A stretch of 64,000 bases of DNA, taken from positions 26,350,001-26,414,000 of the forward strand of contig OX597822.1 in NCBI GenBank assembly GCA_951406725.2. The letters are read 5' to 3'. Source of the stretch: Octopus vulgaris (lineage: Eukaryota). This document shows, piece by piece, positions 1 through 13,508 of the stretch. The notes below the pieces were generated by a model that saw nothing but the letters and a program-made list of their open reading frames with translations, was not told the DNA's origin and searched no databases. Position numbers and translations under genes: made by a program. Each line of letters starts with the position of its first letter. Position 1 is the stretch's first letter.

Positions 1-852
1 TGACTTTGCTGCTGTCTACCTTTCTGGATTCTTATAAAATCAATACCAGTTATATAATGGTGTTAATGCAAATGACTGCATCTCGTTCATATGAAACTGT
101 CTTTGTGCCTATTCAGAATGCAACTACTGAGCCTTAAGCGTTTAGTCTGTTATGGGATGATGCTAAATGCAACTCTTATAAGGAAAATGTTTAACATCCT
201 AATACTATGAGCCTTCAGGGTTTATTTTTTCCTTAATACCAAATGTCATATAATGAAGAGAGACAGATAACCAAGCTGATACAAAATTAAATATTTATAA
301 TATTTCACCCTGTTGGTCACAAGCTCAGATCCTAATGGAGTCAACTTTGCCTATTACCCATCCATATGTAATCAAATAGTCTAGTTGTTGTTTAGTTTCT
401 GGTCAGGCAAAATATGGTAAAGGCATTCATGCCAGACTTTCATGCTGTAAGTGATCTTTAAAAAAAATTTTTTTTTAAATTCTACTAATATCTAGAAAGC
501 TGGATCTAATAACATGACTTTCCCAAGGTGAATGATGGTAACATGTAATACTGCTAACTTCTCTAGCTTATACCTACACGAAAAAAAGACTTTAGAACTA
601 TAATTATAATGATGATTATTTACATCCCCATTTAAATGTCAGAGGGACTTGACAATCGATGTTAGTGCGTTTATGTCCCCCAAAATTTAGCGGTTTGGCA
701 AAAGAGACCAATAGAATAAGCACCGGGCTTACAAAGAGTAAGTCCTGGGGTTAGTTTCTTCGACTAAAGGCAGTGCTCCAGTCGAAGGAATGGAACGTGT
801 AAAAGAGTAAAATACATCTATGTAAGCAATGCGATTGAAGACAGAAAAATAT

Positions 853-904
853 TATTGGGTGTATATGCATATTTCAAGAGTTTTTGCCCTTTCTTCAGTC
901 AATA
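853..904 (-). ncRNA. Minimal type I hammerhead ribozyme motif (Penelope-like pLTR type)
   Basis: Minus strand reads tattga-CTGAAGA-AAGGG-caaaaa-CTCTT-GAAA-TA-TGCA-TA-TA-cacccaata: complete core, 5-bp stem II, short stem III with palindromic TGCA loop. Stem I is imperfect. Confidence 0.65.
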
Positions 905-1478
905 TCCAAGCCATTAACCATCTATGAACACATTGCTTAAATAGCCACTAAATTTAACAGTACAATACAATTGGATATATCAATTTTACATATCAAGCAT
1001 ATTCCGAGCAACTGTTATGTGCATATTTACTGCTGGTAGGAACATGGTATTTCATTATGTGACCATAATAGTTGTAACCTTTGATGCTGGCTCTAGTTTC
1101 TGAAGAAAATCTGTAGAGTTCACTTTAAAAAGTGACAGAATTGCACTGCTAACACAGGTAGGATACAGTGTTGTCTAATAAGCCTTTACTATACCTAGTA
1201 GCATATTGCAGTTCTATAACGAAATGTGGGGTCCTTTCTAGCAATTAATAAATACTACAAAGTATTTTGTCCTACACCCCAACTAGTCTATGAACCAACT
1301 ACTTACGAAAAGAATATTCAGGCTTGTCTGTGATATTTGTATAATGTCGGAGGAGTTGATATTAACAAGTAAAGACAAGAAACCATTACATGTTTAGATA
1401 GGTAATAATGCTGAATAAAAACTGCCTATTGATCAGTCTAACCCAGGTAGTGATATGGTCATTAATATGTCTAGGTGG

Positions 1479-1711
1479 AAGGCGGCGAGCTGGCAGAAGC
1501 GTTAGCACGCCGGGCGAAATGCTTAGCGGTATTTTGTCTGCTGCTACGTTCTGAGTTCAAATTCTGCCAAGGTCGACTTTGCCTTTCATCCTTTCGAGGT
1601 TGATTAAATAAGTACCAGTTATGCACTGGGTTCGATATAATCGACTTAATCCGTTTGTCTGTCCTTGTTTGTCCTCTCTGTGTTTAGCCCCTTGTGGGTA
1701 GTAAAGAAATA
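1479..1711 (+). mobile_element. Full-length tRNA-derived SINE (family A)
   Basis: Head aaggcggcgagctggcagaa, B-box-like gagttcaaattc, central gcctttcatcctttcg...aagtaccagtt, and a 15-bp TSD aatatgtctaggtgg (1464-1478, 1712-1726). Many further copies occur, e.g. 4904-5108(-), 9541-9768(-), 62549-62750(-). Confidence 0.9.
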
Positions 1712-1883
1712 AATATGTCTAGGTGGGTAGTAACACTGAATAAGAACTGTTTCAAACTGTGATAATCTGTCCAACTCATTCTAGCAAGCGAAAGTGCACA
1801 TAAAATGCTGCTGATAATGATGGTATTGGTACCCCTTTCCTATAGGTTTGTTAGTTGATCTCAAAAATGCAAAGACAGGCATT

Positions 1884-1970
1884 AAATGAAATGACAATGT
1901 TATGAGAAGAAAATAATCAAGAAAATGAAATGACAATGTTATGAGAAGAAAATAATCAAGAAAATGAAAT
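1884..1970. repeat. 39-bp tandem repeat, about 2.2 copies
   Basis: aaatgaaatgacaatgttatgagaagaaaataatcaaga starts at 1884 and 1923, with a partial copy at 1962. Confidence 0.9.
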
Positions 1971-2874
1971 TCATTTGTAACTAAACATGCAGCAAGCCTC
2001 GGGAAAATGCAAACACTAAACCACAGAACTGGAGCCTAGTTCTTACATCATGCAGTGATCGAATGAAGGAATGCAGCAATGAAGCAAACAGGGTTATGTG
2101 CTGTATCCCAGAGTGCAATGCAACAAGTAGAATAATGGGCTGAATAGTTGCCCTGGAGACTGGTTACCCAAGAAATTAAAAAACTTTACAGCCATTGTAA
2201 CTTTGAAGGTTCTAAGTATCTTTTAATCACACATTGTTCTGTCCTGATAACATCCAATCCATACCATTAAAACTTAATACATAGGCATGTATAAATGGGT
2301 GTGGTTGTATACGTCTGTGTGCTCTCACATATGCATTTGTGTGTAGACATATGTATGTTAAGTATATATATATATACATGTAAAAGTATCCGGCACATTC
2401 TGTAAACTGGTTGGTGCTAAGAAGGGCATTTAGCAATAGAAACCATGCCAAATCAAACTGAAGTCTGGTGCAGTTCCCCAGCTCTAGTCAAAACATTAAA
2501 CAATGATGATATGTGTGTGTGTATATATATATATATATACACACACACACAATGCCACACAAATGGCATCTAAAAGCACTCATTACACACTTGGAGTGGT
2601 TGGCATTAGGAAGGGCATCCAGCCGTAGAAAACTATGCCAGATCAGACTAGAGTCTGGTGCAGCCTTCCAGCCCCGGACAAACCATCCAACCCATTCCAG
2701 CTTGGACAACAGACGTTAATTGATGATGATGAATATCAAACATACATACACAAGGCATGTGTTCTGCTAGTTAGTAAGTTGTACTTATAGATGTAAGAGA
2801 ATATATTCTCATCAATGCACCTGGTAAATTACTATTTTTAAATCTCACAACGTGAGATACTCAGCAACAGTTCT

Positions 2875-3192
2875 TTGTAGTAAAGATTGTTTGCCAACAT
2901 AACATGGCAGTCCTGGTTTAGGACTAATGTTGCTATAATTTAGCCCCAGGAGACATCGTCTCCAGCTGGCTATACAACACGATCTGTGTCCTTATATTTT
3001 CAAACAAGGGAATCTAGCATCCTCACTCAGCTCAAAACAAGTGGGGATGCTAGATGCCCTTGTTTGAAAATATAAGGACACAGATCGTGTTGTATAGCCA
3101 GCTGGAGACGATGTCTCCTGGGGCTAAATTACAGCAACATTAGTCCTAAACCAGGACTGCCATGTTATGTTGGCAAACAGTCTTTACTACAA
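2875..3192. repeat. Long near-perfect inverted repeat (153-bp arms, 12-nt loop)
   Basis: 2875-3027 is the reverse complement of 3040-3192, with 4 mismatches counted by eye. Confidence 0.95.
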
Positions 3193-3564
3193 TGGACCTG
3201 GTGTTAAAAAGCCTGGAAGTCATAGACAAGTAGGATAACTTGCATCAAGTCCACAAACTAGCAAAACACATGCCTTCTATATGTGCGTTTGATATTGTTT
3301 ATATCCCTTGAGTTCCTTCTAATTCATATATGAAGATGCACTACCCCAGATGATGCCTGGTAGCCGCAAGCAGTGAACGTGCTCAGCAGGCACACTACAA
3401 TGACATTCCTATAACTACACCTTAAAGTCCCCTACCTAAATTTTAATTTCAAATACAACATATATATATATATATTTTAACTGGTAGAAGTGACTCAAGA
3501 GCTGAGAGCATAGCCATGCACGAAACACTTGGCCCTTGAGTCACTGATTTCTGCTGCACTAAGA

Positions 3565-3993
3565 GTACCATACGAGTGAGATCGCTGCCAGAACAACAAG
3601 CTGGCCTCTGTGCCGATGGCATGTTAAAAACACCATTCGGGTGTGATCGTTACCTGCGTTGCCTTACTAGCACTTGTGCTGGTGACACGTAAAAAAACAT
3701 TCGAGCGAGGTTGTTGCCAGTGCTGCTGGACTGGCTCCTGTGCAAGTGGCACATAAAAAGCACCATTTGAGCGTGGCCTTTGCCAGTCCTGCCTGACTGG
3801 CCCTCGTGCCGATGGGACGTAAAAGCTCCAACTACACTCTTGGAGTGATTGGCATTAGGAAGGGCATCCAGCTGTAGAAACTCTGCAAGATCAGATTGGA
3901 GCCTGATACAGCTATCTGGTTCGCCAGTACTCAGTCAAATAGTCCAACCCATGCTAGCATGGAAAGCAGATGTTAAACGATGATGATGATAAT
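3565..3993 (+). mobile_element. (GAT)n-tailed short retroposon (family B) with internal tandem units
   Basis: Ends ...ggcattaggaagggcatccagctgtagaaac...ccaacccatgctagcatggaaagcagatgttaaacgatgatgat. Other copies at about 2550-2731, 18826-19060(-), 28903-29173, 33639-33905(-), 34963-35168(-), 35985-36365, 39806-40048(-), 55003-55330(-). Confidence 0.85.
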
Positions 3994-4657
3994 GATATAT
4001 ATATATATATGTATGCATGTACATGTTTTGAGTTCTGTTTATCCTGTTTATACTACTAAATATATGTCCTTGCACATAGAATGTTTATGTAAAAATACAC
4101 CAATCCCTCAACTAGCATGGGCGTTATGTTCCACCCCCACCCCAATAAGTAAAAATCCACAAAGTACAAACAGTAGTGTACTGTATATTTTAAAAAAAAT
4201 TATTTTCATAATTTGTATATATTTATTTTATTATAAATGCAAAACAACGCTACGGAGAAATTGATTTAAGCTTAAATAATAAACCACGTTATAACGAGGG
4301 ATTACTGTGGTGTAAAAGAAGAGAAACACAGACAATGAAGTGATGGTGATGGAAAGAATAAAGTGTTAGATCAAACAACCAGTTGCAGTTTTAATGGAAT
4401 AAACCCAAAGAACTCATTATACTTACTTGTAATAAACATTTCAAAACAATAAAAATGTTGGTTGTCCTTATGTTTTTTCTTTTCTTTTTTTTTTTACACT
4501 AAAGCTAAGCATGCATAAGTAGCTGGAGACAGTTTTATGCTCAGAAATCATGTTTATAAATGCATAAGTTTTATTTATTTTGTTGTACCTTGAGAGGGTC
4601 ATTATGTCAATAATAAACACACACACTAGTTCTGTTTCACTTCTTTTATTATCATCA

Positions 4658-4903
4658 GTCCATTTGTTAGCATTTAACCCAATTAACAAATCTATTGTTT
4701 AATTGGTCAGTCAATCAACCCATCAGCTAGGTTTGTCAAAGTCCTTTCATTGTCATCTTTGACCTAATCAACGATATACCTTCTCTACTCCAAGATCACA
4801 AATGGCGATAAGAGGAATTTGACAAACCTAGCTGATTGATTCACTGACCAAATGATTATTCCAAAAACCAGGTAGCTAATTGGATAAATGTTAATGAATT
4901 GAC
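4658..4903. repeat. Degenerate fold-back (inverted repeat) element
   Basis: Core arms 4703-4765 and 4793-4851 (tcagctaggtttgtcaaa / tttgacaaacctagctga), with weaker symmetry further out. Confidence 0.75.
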
Positions 4904-7900
4904 AAATAATACTGGTTTCAAATTTTGGTACAAGGCCAGCAATTTCGGAGGAGGGGATAAATTGATTATATCGACCCCAGTGCATAACTGGTACTTATTT
5001 TATCAACCCTGAAAGGATGAAAGGCAAAGTCACCCTCACGTAAAGACAGATGAAATACTGCTAAGCATTTTGCCCAGCGTGCTAATGATTCTGCCAGCTT
5101 GCCACCTTAGAATTGACAATTAACAAGAAGTGATGTCAAACCAGTGCATGTTTTTGCTATTGGCATGATGACCCATCCTGAGAGACAGCAAAATCTGTTT
5201 CAATGCACAAGTTCATATCAAGAATGTTGCAAACCAAATACAAACACTTTTAATTATTTTCTTACTTTAAAAGAATTAATTTTCAATCATTTACATGCGT
5301 ATTTAGCTCTCTGTACTTAAGATTTAGTGCAAAAAAAAAAAAACTCACAAAAACATAAGGATTACCAAACAAAAAAGACAAATACATCCTTTTTCTCCAT
5401 CAAACTTCTTTATCACTCATAGCCCCATTCTCACAAGAAACATTTCCTTTTAAAAAGATATTGAATTTATGAAGAAATATTTGTGTTGTGGTGCATAGAA
5501 GCTGTGTGTGTTTAGGGAGTTATTTCAAGTGAATACATTTTATTCTTAACCTTAATTTACCCAAACAACTTTTTTTATTATCAGGCATATTCAAAATGTT
5601 TGTAAAAAACGCACAAAAGAAAAGGTAAAAAAACGAAGTTTTAAACGAATAATAAATGTATTTGAATAAAACAAATCAAAAACAAAAGAAAACTAAGAAA
5701 AATTTATTTATTTTTATTTTTAAATAAAATGGCGAGGGGGGGGGGGGCACCGCCAAAAAATGAAAGCAAATATAAGCTTAAATTAAGAATTTTATCCTAT
5801 AATACATAAAGCCATAATTAAACTTAGATAATAAATTAATTGAACCAATCAAGGAGCTTTCAGATGGCTGTTTGATCTCTGACTTAAATGAAGCAGTCAA
5901 ATTTCATTCAACAATCTGTTTTCAAGATGATGGCAACTATATTTTTAAGATAATTGCATTCTAGGACAGTGAGCCTACTGTAAGGACAAGAGAGGACCAC
6001 AGCTACGAACAGCACTCAAAGCTCTATGAATGAGGTATTGGATTTGTGGCTTGCTTGTGTGTTCAATCAACTACTTCCTCTTTATGAGCCAATGATGGAG
6101 CCTCTGTGCAGTGGCTGACTTACTAGAAATAGCAGCCAACAACTAAGGCTCCTACAAATCAAAACTATTATACTTTCTTAATACCTATTGCTTGAGATTA
6201 TCCCTAGTTTTATAACACAAACTTTGTCTTAAAGTAATCTAAATTTAAACCATCCAACAAAATTTCAGACTAATTTCAGTTCCAAACACCAGCTAAGTAA
6301 TTACAAAGTCATTTTGATTAGTTCTTTATTTTCAAGCTTAATTGAAACAAAAGCAGTGTATTTCAGCAAGAATATGGTAAAAAAATCCCCAAAGGATTAA
6401 ATAAGGATACATTAGATAATGTAGCCCTACTTCTTGTTTATTTCAATTCCATGCAGCTACCCTTTTAATGGTTCCAGAACATATCGGTTCTTCTATAAGA
6501 GGTGATCTCTAGGCCCCCTCACTCAAATGTTCAATTTTGGGGGGAAAGGGACACTGTCTGTAGTCTCCTACAACCCTTCTCACAGTGCAAAATAACAATT
6601 TTGGAAAGAGAGAGACAAAAACAGAACTCCCTGTATTTATCAATATCCAAGGACAAAGTTGATTTAGGTGGGATTTGAAATCAGAGACCTGGAATAAATG
6701 CCACATAATGGAGTGATGGTCCCAGCTGGAATGCCGTTGATCATAGATCTCCTCAATCAGGATTGACTTAGGGAAAAACAGTTATTTCTTTTCATGACAG
6801 GTTTTGCTTAAGTAAGACTCAAGTTGAGTAGCTCAACAAATGGAAAAGTAGAAGGATGGAATTTATTTTGTAAGTAGGGGGGAAAATGATGAGAATTTGT
6901 TAACAATGGCTAGTGTGTGTCTTGTATTGTGCTGTATTGCATGTGTGTTTGTGCACGCGCGCATGCGCAAATTTCAAACCTTGCTACTTGTTGAACAGCA
7001 CAATAACCACAGCATTAGTAAAAAGCGAACAAACTGAACACAACAGAGGTAAACAATACCACAAGCAATACACCAACATCTCAAGTACTAATAGCATTTA
7101 ACAAGGTGTAAACTAGTTACCTATTTCTTTTAATTAATCAACTCTTTGACACAAGATGACAGTGTGTTAATGAAGGCACAAAGCCTGAAATTGGTGATGG
7201 ATATAGTTGAATATATCTACCCTACCCCCAAAAAATAAATAAATGACAAAGTTGACATCAGTGGAATTTGAACTCAGTCTGTAGCTAATGATGTCTTGAG
7301 CTAACTGGATCTTATAAAGGAGCTGTTGTGGTAGCAGACCACGAAACACGGCTGTAATTCCTCAGACAGTTTGACTATGAATCACTCCAGCCATTCTGCC
7401 TTACTCAAGAAAGAAATATTAAAACAAAGATTTTCGTAAAACTCATTTTCCGTCTTTTAATATGCCTAATTAGCTTAATTCCAAATACTAAAATGAAATA
7501 TAATTAGCTGAATTCTTGTTTCTCTCTAAAAGAAAATGACTGTATTTAGATAAGGAAAAGGATGAGCTCTGTAAGGTTTAAAATGCCCAAGACACACTGC
7601 ATGTCATGACAGTGTCCCTACGATTTCTCAAGGAGAGATCAAGAAAGGAAGGACATTATATATATATATATATTGAACTAAATGTCTTGGCTTTCCCCCT
7701 CATTCTCACCCCTGTAGGTTTGAAAAGCCATCTCTACAAATATATTACGGTATGCATGAAAATAAACTGAGGGAATCATCAAAGCGGTGGAAAAAATGCT
7801 TTATGGTATTTAGTTACATCTATTTACAATCTGGGTTCAAACCCTGTCATGGTTAACTTCTGAGGAAGAGGTAAGAGGAATTAAAATAAAATCCCAGTCA

Positions 7901-9319
7901 AGCACAGGGGTAGATTTAATCACAAAATTTCTATCATTGTACCTATTTAAGAAATTATTATTATTTTTATTAGGATGGTGAACTGGTAAAAATACTTAGT
8001 AGCATTTCTTTGTTCTTTGTTTCGAGTTCAAAATTCATCGTGGTCAACTTTGCCTTTCTTGCTTTCCAGATCAATAAAATAAAGTAACAGCCAAGTATTG
8101 GGGTCAATGTAATCAACTAACCCCTTCTCACTGAAAAATGTTGATCTTGACCCAAAATTTGATACCATTATTACTATTATTATTATTTAATTTATTAAGT
8201 ACCCGTCTTATTTTGAACAAAATTTTCGAGACCATTAACTCAATGTACAGTGTTCCCACAAAGAAACTAAAACAATCGGAAAATTATGCAATTAAATTAA
8301 TTATACAAATAAGAATTTTATGCATTTATGAAAGAATAATACCACTGAAAACAATTAAAAAAAACAAACACATGAATACCAAATTATACCATCCATTCTT
8401 TAACCCGTTAGCATATCCACCCCAAATATTCTTTTCATGTTCAAACTGGCCAGATCCTGTCTCTCACACCTACCCTATATCAATCTAAAAATGAACAATC
8501 ACATCATAAAAATTTCAAATCTACAAGATAATGCATGAGTAATCCAAAACAAAGTGAATAAATAAGAATTACATTTGACAGAATAACCCATTGCTTAAGG
8601 GCTAAATCAAGTGTTCTTGTGCCTGCAATATGAATCCTTATTATTGTATTGTCAGTCTCCCAGAGATAATATCTAGTTTTACTGTATTTAACTTTGTTCC
8701 TCTTATGCTGTGAGTTCAAGATCCACCAAAGTCGATATATTTTGGTGACTGGTGAGGAGTTTATGGAATACAAATCTAATATTTTATAAGTATCAGTTCT
8801 ATTGACTATACTCCTGCTTCACAATTATTACTGTTGTTGCACAGAATCAAAGAAAATCCTCAGCAATTTTGTTGAAAGGTGGGTGAATGTAGCAAGAATG
8901 GTCTGAGTGAATGGCCCTATTCTAAACATGCACCTGTAGACATGTAGAGAGGGTACTTGCCCTAGTGGTCTTGTGAGATTTCCACAAGCAACTCTAAGCA
9001 ATCTCCCTCTTTTGGGGAATTATTTGTTAAAATTTATATTTTTCTAATCTTTTACTTTTTACATGCATTTTATGTAACCCCACATTATATTGTCCTGTAC
9101 TGTCCCCAATGTTTTTTGAATTCTAGTATATAGCAGTGCTTTTCATGTAGTACCAATGTATTTGGCTGGAATTTATATGACTTGATGAAAGGACTAAATG
9201 CTACAACTCACAAAATTTGCTCAAACCAAACTTTTAGTCTAAAGCTGATCTGGTATTATGTCTCTAGGAAAAGACATTTTCTAAAACACTTTGTATTTGT
9301 AACTTCACTGACTGAATAG

Positions 9320-10440
9320 TAATAATTTCAAATTTTGGGCACAAAGCCAGCAAATTTTGAAAGGAGGGTTAAGTTGATTATAATGGGCCCAGTACTTGAC
9401 TGGTACTTTATTTTGTTAACCATGGAACAATGAAAGACTAAGTTAGCTTCAGCAAAGATTTGAATTCAGAACCGAAAGAGGTGGAAGAAATGCGAAGCAT
9501 TTTGCCCAATGCATGAACAATTCTGCCAGTTTGCTGTCTTAATAATAAAAATCCTTTCTACTATAGGCACACAAGGCCTGAAATCCAGGAGGAGGGGACT
9601 AGTCAACCCCATTGTCCCTAGTGTTTCACTGGTGCTTCGTATATCGACCCTGAAAGGATGAAAAGCGAAGTTGACCTCAGCAGAATTTGAACTCAGAATG
9701 TAAAGACAGATGAAATACCGCAAAGCATTTCATCCAGTGTGCTAACGATTCTGCCAGCTTGCTGCCTTAATAATAATAATTTTGGTTTCAAATTTTGGCA
9801 CAAAGCCAGTAACTTTTAAGAGGAAGTCAAACTGATCTCGTTGTTCAATTGGTATTTATATTTTATTGATCCTACTAAGCAAAGTTGACCCTACAGGGAT
9901 TTGAACTTAAAGCAAATAGAAATGTAACTAAATACCAAAAGTCATCTTGTTTCACATGATATCATTTCTGCCAATCTATCATCCTATTAATAATGGTTTC
10001 AAATTTTGGCACAAAACCAGCAATTTTGGGGGAGGGGACTAATTGATTACAACCCCCCACCCAGCGCTTAACAGTACTTATTTTAATGACCCAGAAAGGA
10101 TGAAAGGTAAAAATAGACCGAGGCAGAATTTGAACTTAGAATGTGAAGACATGAATTACAGCTGAGCATTTTGCCCGGTGTGCTAACAGTTCTGCCAGCT
10201 CACAATAATAACGACAACAATAGCAATTACTAATAGGCATGTGGACTCAGATATTTGTGAAATGAAGATAGTCTACAAGGTCGAACCTAGTATATGACTG
10301 GTACTTTATACTAGCAATACCCATCAGACAGATGAAAGGCAAAGTTGACATCAGCAAGACTTGCATTTGAAACACAAAGGACAGTAGCTAAGTACTTAGA
10401 AAAAAAAAAAATAAATGCATTCGAATGAATTCTGCCAATA
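9320..10440 (-). mobile_element. Head-to-tail cluster of about five family-A SINEs
   Basis: Repeated tttcaaattttggcacaa...gaaaggatgaaaggcaaagttgacc...ttctgccagc units separated by (AAT)n. Confidence 0.8.
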
Positions 10441-11253
10441 ATCAACCACTGCTACCACCATGATTTATTAAACTAATATTACTAAACTAAACTGAAGCTG
10501 GTGAATAGTAATAATAATAATAATAAGGCAACGATTTGCATGCTATGAATATGACAAAAAAAAAAAGCAATAATAATAATAATAATGATGATGATAATAA
10601 TAATAATAGCTTCATAAATAAATATTAAAAAAAAAAACCAAGATAAAAAAGCAATGGACAATTAAAAAAATCTGTCAGAGAATGAAAATAACTCAGATAA
10701 GTTGGTTTGATTATTTTTTTATTTCCACACAGAGGTTCTGAGTGACATTAAAAAAATCAGTAGCCAGGATTTTGTTTAAGAAATTGTTGGTTTTCCTTTT
10801 TTTGTTGTTGTTAATATACATATATATGTGTGTATATATATGTATATATATATATATATATATTTTACTTGAGGGTTGGTTGTTTGTATTTTTTTTTTTT
10901 TTTTCGTTTTTCATTCTTTCTGTTTCTGTAATTTGTTAATTCCTTTTCTTATCATAAATTGACCATTCGAAATTAAAAAAAGAGAAGCAGGGGGGACAGA
11001 AATAGGGGAGTGTAGGTACATATCAACTTCTTGTTGTTGTTGTTGGTTTTGTTGTTGGGGGAGCAGGATGGATGGGAGTAGGAAGTGTCATTCAACAAGG
11101 CAATAATAGTATCCCAGGATGTACGTGTATATGTACGTATAATTGTGTGCACGCGTGTGAGTGTATATATATATATTCCTCCAACCCATGCTAGCATGGA
11201 AATCCGGATGTAAAACAAATGAACAAATGTGTGTGTGTGTGAGCACACATATA

Positions 11254-11313
<60 letters not shown>

Positions 11314-12140
11314 TTAATTCCCCAAGAAAGAAAAAAAAAGCAATTTATATATTTACTGTGATTATTACTGGCTTGTTTATTATTTTTTCATTTAATTTTT
11401 AGATGTTTAGAAACTGATGTGATTTCCCAGTTCTCAGAGAGAGAGATAGAAAGAGAGAGAAAAAGAGAAGAGAGAGAGAGAGATTAGAGGGTTTACACTT
11501 TGGCTGTGTTGCATGTAAATCCATTTTGCCATGCAAAATACTATACAGTCAGAGAATCGGAAGGTGATTGATGGTTAGAATGGTAAAGGAAAAAAAAAAA
11601 AGGTATACACCCTACCCCTCATCCCAATCTATCTCTGATTTTTTTCCTTTTCTTTTAGAAGCAGTTTCCATGCAAATTTGAAGATTCACATTAATAAATC
11701 ATCATTGTATAAAATATTGAAGTGGTGAATTGGCAGAGTCATTAGGAGTGTTGCATAGCATGCCTCATGTTATTTGTTCAGGGCTTCTGTGCTGCGAGTT
11801 CAAATCCCTGTTGAGACCAACTTTACCTTTCATCCTTTTGAAGGGGGTAGTTCATTAAGAAAATATTAGAGTGTCATTGAATGAGATCTCTGGTGGTATC
11901 TGTTTCATTTTTAAGGGTTCCAAGTTCAAATTCTGCCTAAGGATTAAAATTCTTACCAGTAACCATGGGACCTCAATAGATTATGAAACCTGAAAATGGT
12001 TGATGAGGCGGTGGCTACCTGCTACTACAGACAAATGATGACGATGATGATGATGATGATATCTAGAGCTATGTTTTTTTTTGTTTTTTTTTTTTCCTCA
12101 TGTAAGCAATGTTCCAAATACAAAATAATAGAATGATTAA

Positions 12141-12347
12141 CCCTTTAGCATCTAGATTTTTCTGTCAAATGTAATTCATATTCATTCACATTGTTCTGAA
12201 TTAATCATGCATTGTCTTTCAATGATGTGATTATTTTACTCTGAGAATGACATTGTAGGGTAGGTGTGAAAAGTTGGATCTAGCCAGTTTGAACATAGAA
12301 GAGGTAGAACATTTGGACTGGCTATGGCTGGTTTAAATGTTAAAGGG
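12141..12347. mobile_element. TTAA-specific (piggyBac-type) MITE, family 2
   Basis: ttaa|CCCTTTAGCAT...ATGTTAAAGGG|ataa. Related copies at 47278-47496 and about 34385-34571, 8404-8600 and 38370-38808. Confidence 0.7.
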
Positions 12348-13304
12348 ATAAGGATTGTAAGAATGGTTTCTAACATGAGCATACGAACACAGATTTTGGT
12401 GGTGAGGAGGAACAGAGAGGGGTTTAGTTGATGAAATAAATTTTAGCAATGCTTAATTGGTAAGTTATTCAATCTACATCTACCCATCCACGAAAGATGA
12501 ACGGAAAAGTCAACCTCGGCAAGATTTGAAGCCAGAAAGTAACTGAACGTTGCAAAGCATTTTCTCTGTCACTTACCATCCTATTCATAATAATAATTAT
12601 AATTTTTCTAATATAGGCACAAAGCAAAAAATGAGAGAAAACAGGAAGTTAGTTGATTAAATCAATCCCCAGTAATTAACTGTCACTTGGAGAGATAAAA
12701 TATAAAGTTCAACTCAGCAGGATTTGAACCCAGAATCTAAAGAGCCTGAACAAATACTGCAAAGCATTTGGTTTGATGCTCTAACAGTTCTACCCTAAAT
12801 ATAATAGTAATAATAATTGCATTCTTTTTTTAAACATGAGTATAAGCGGAGTATAAACATGAGTATAAAATAAGCCTAAAGTGTCTTAGACCCAATGTAA
12901 CACCAGAGGTTGAGAAGAAAACACAAACCTTCAAGTTGGTTATCTGGTGCCAATCGTTAAACCTGGGTTTTATTTTACACCTAGCACAAAAATTGTAACA
13001 CAGTTCTATTAAAGTTACTTGATAACCTCGCTACAAAAGGAATTACCCAAGATAAAATGGACAAACAAATAACTGTCTGTTAGTTTCAAATACACCATCC
13101 AGTTTTTATATATCCAAATCCAAAGATCAAATATATTCATTGATGATGGCATACATAGACCATGAATCCAGGTTTTGTACCCAGCTCAGAATGCAAAGAA
13201 CCAGAAGAAAAAATGCAACCTACCAAACTACTATTACATCAATGTGTGTGTGTATATACATACAGAATGCATTCAAAATCTTAAGCCCCATACTATTAAT
13301 ATTC

Positions 13305-13508
13305 TGGAAGGTGTTTGTAAGCCATTTAAGAAACACACAAAAGCCGTTTGATTCACTTCAACATTTAAGTTTAATTTGTAAATAAGTGAATCGAACGGCT
13401 TTTGTGTGTTTCTTAAATGGCTTACAAACACCTTCCACACTGCAATTGTTTTCGTTTCAGCACACGATCTCAGATCAAATCACTTGCTATGCTGGTAGAT
13501 CTCCGTAA
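13305..13508 (+). mobile_element. Short retro-insertion with inverted duplication (Penelope-like inverted pLTR) and 13-bp TSD
   Basis: 54-bp arms at 13305-13358 and 13384-13437 (1 mismatch); TSD tattaatattctg at 13294-13306 and 13509-13521. Same family as 41971-42207, 52561-52672 and about 20558-20750. Confidence 0.75.

Noticed and set aside
3565-3830. Regularly spaced repeats with variable spacers, superficially CRISPR-like
   Set aside because: These are internal tandem units of a eukaryotic retroposon; the spacers are mutually similar and there are no cas genes.
7320-7365. Hammerhead-like ctgtt-GTGGT-agcag-ACCAC-GAAAC-acggct-GTA
   Set aside because: The CUGANGA box is not present; at best a dead relic.
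10711-11361. Overlapping YI/CV/HT-rich ORFs (also near 27000, 31500, 45300 and 53600)
   Set aside because: Translations of dinucleotide microsatellites.
11659-11700. Plus-strand acceptor followed by KQFPCKFEDSH* and aataaa
   Set aside because: No upstream exons or homology support a plus-strand gene.
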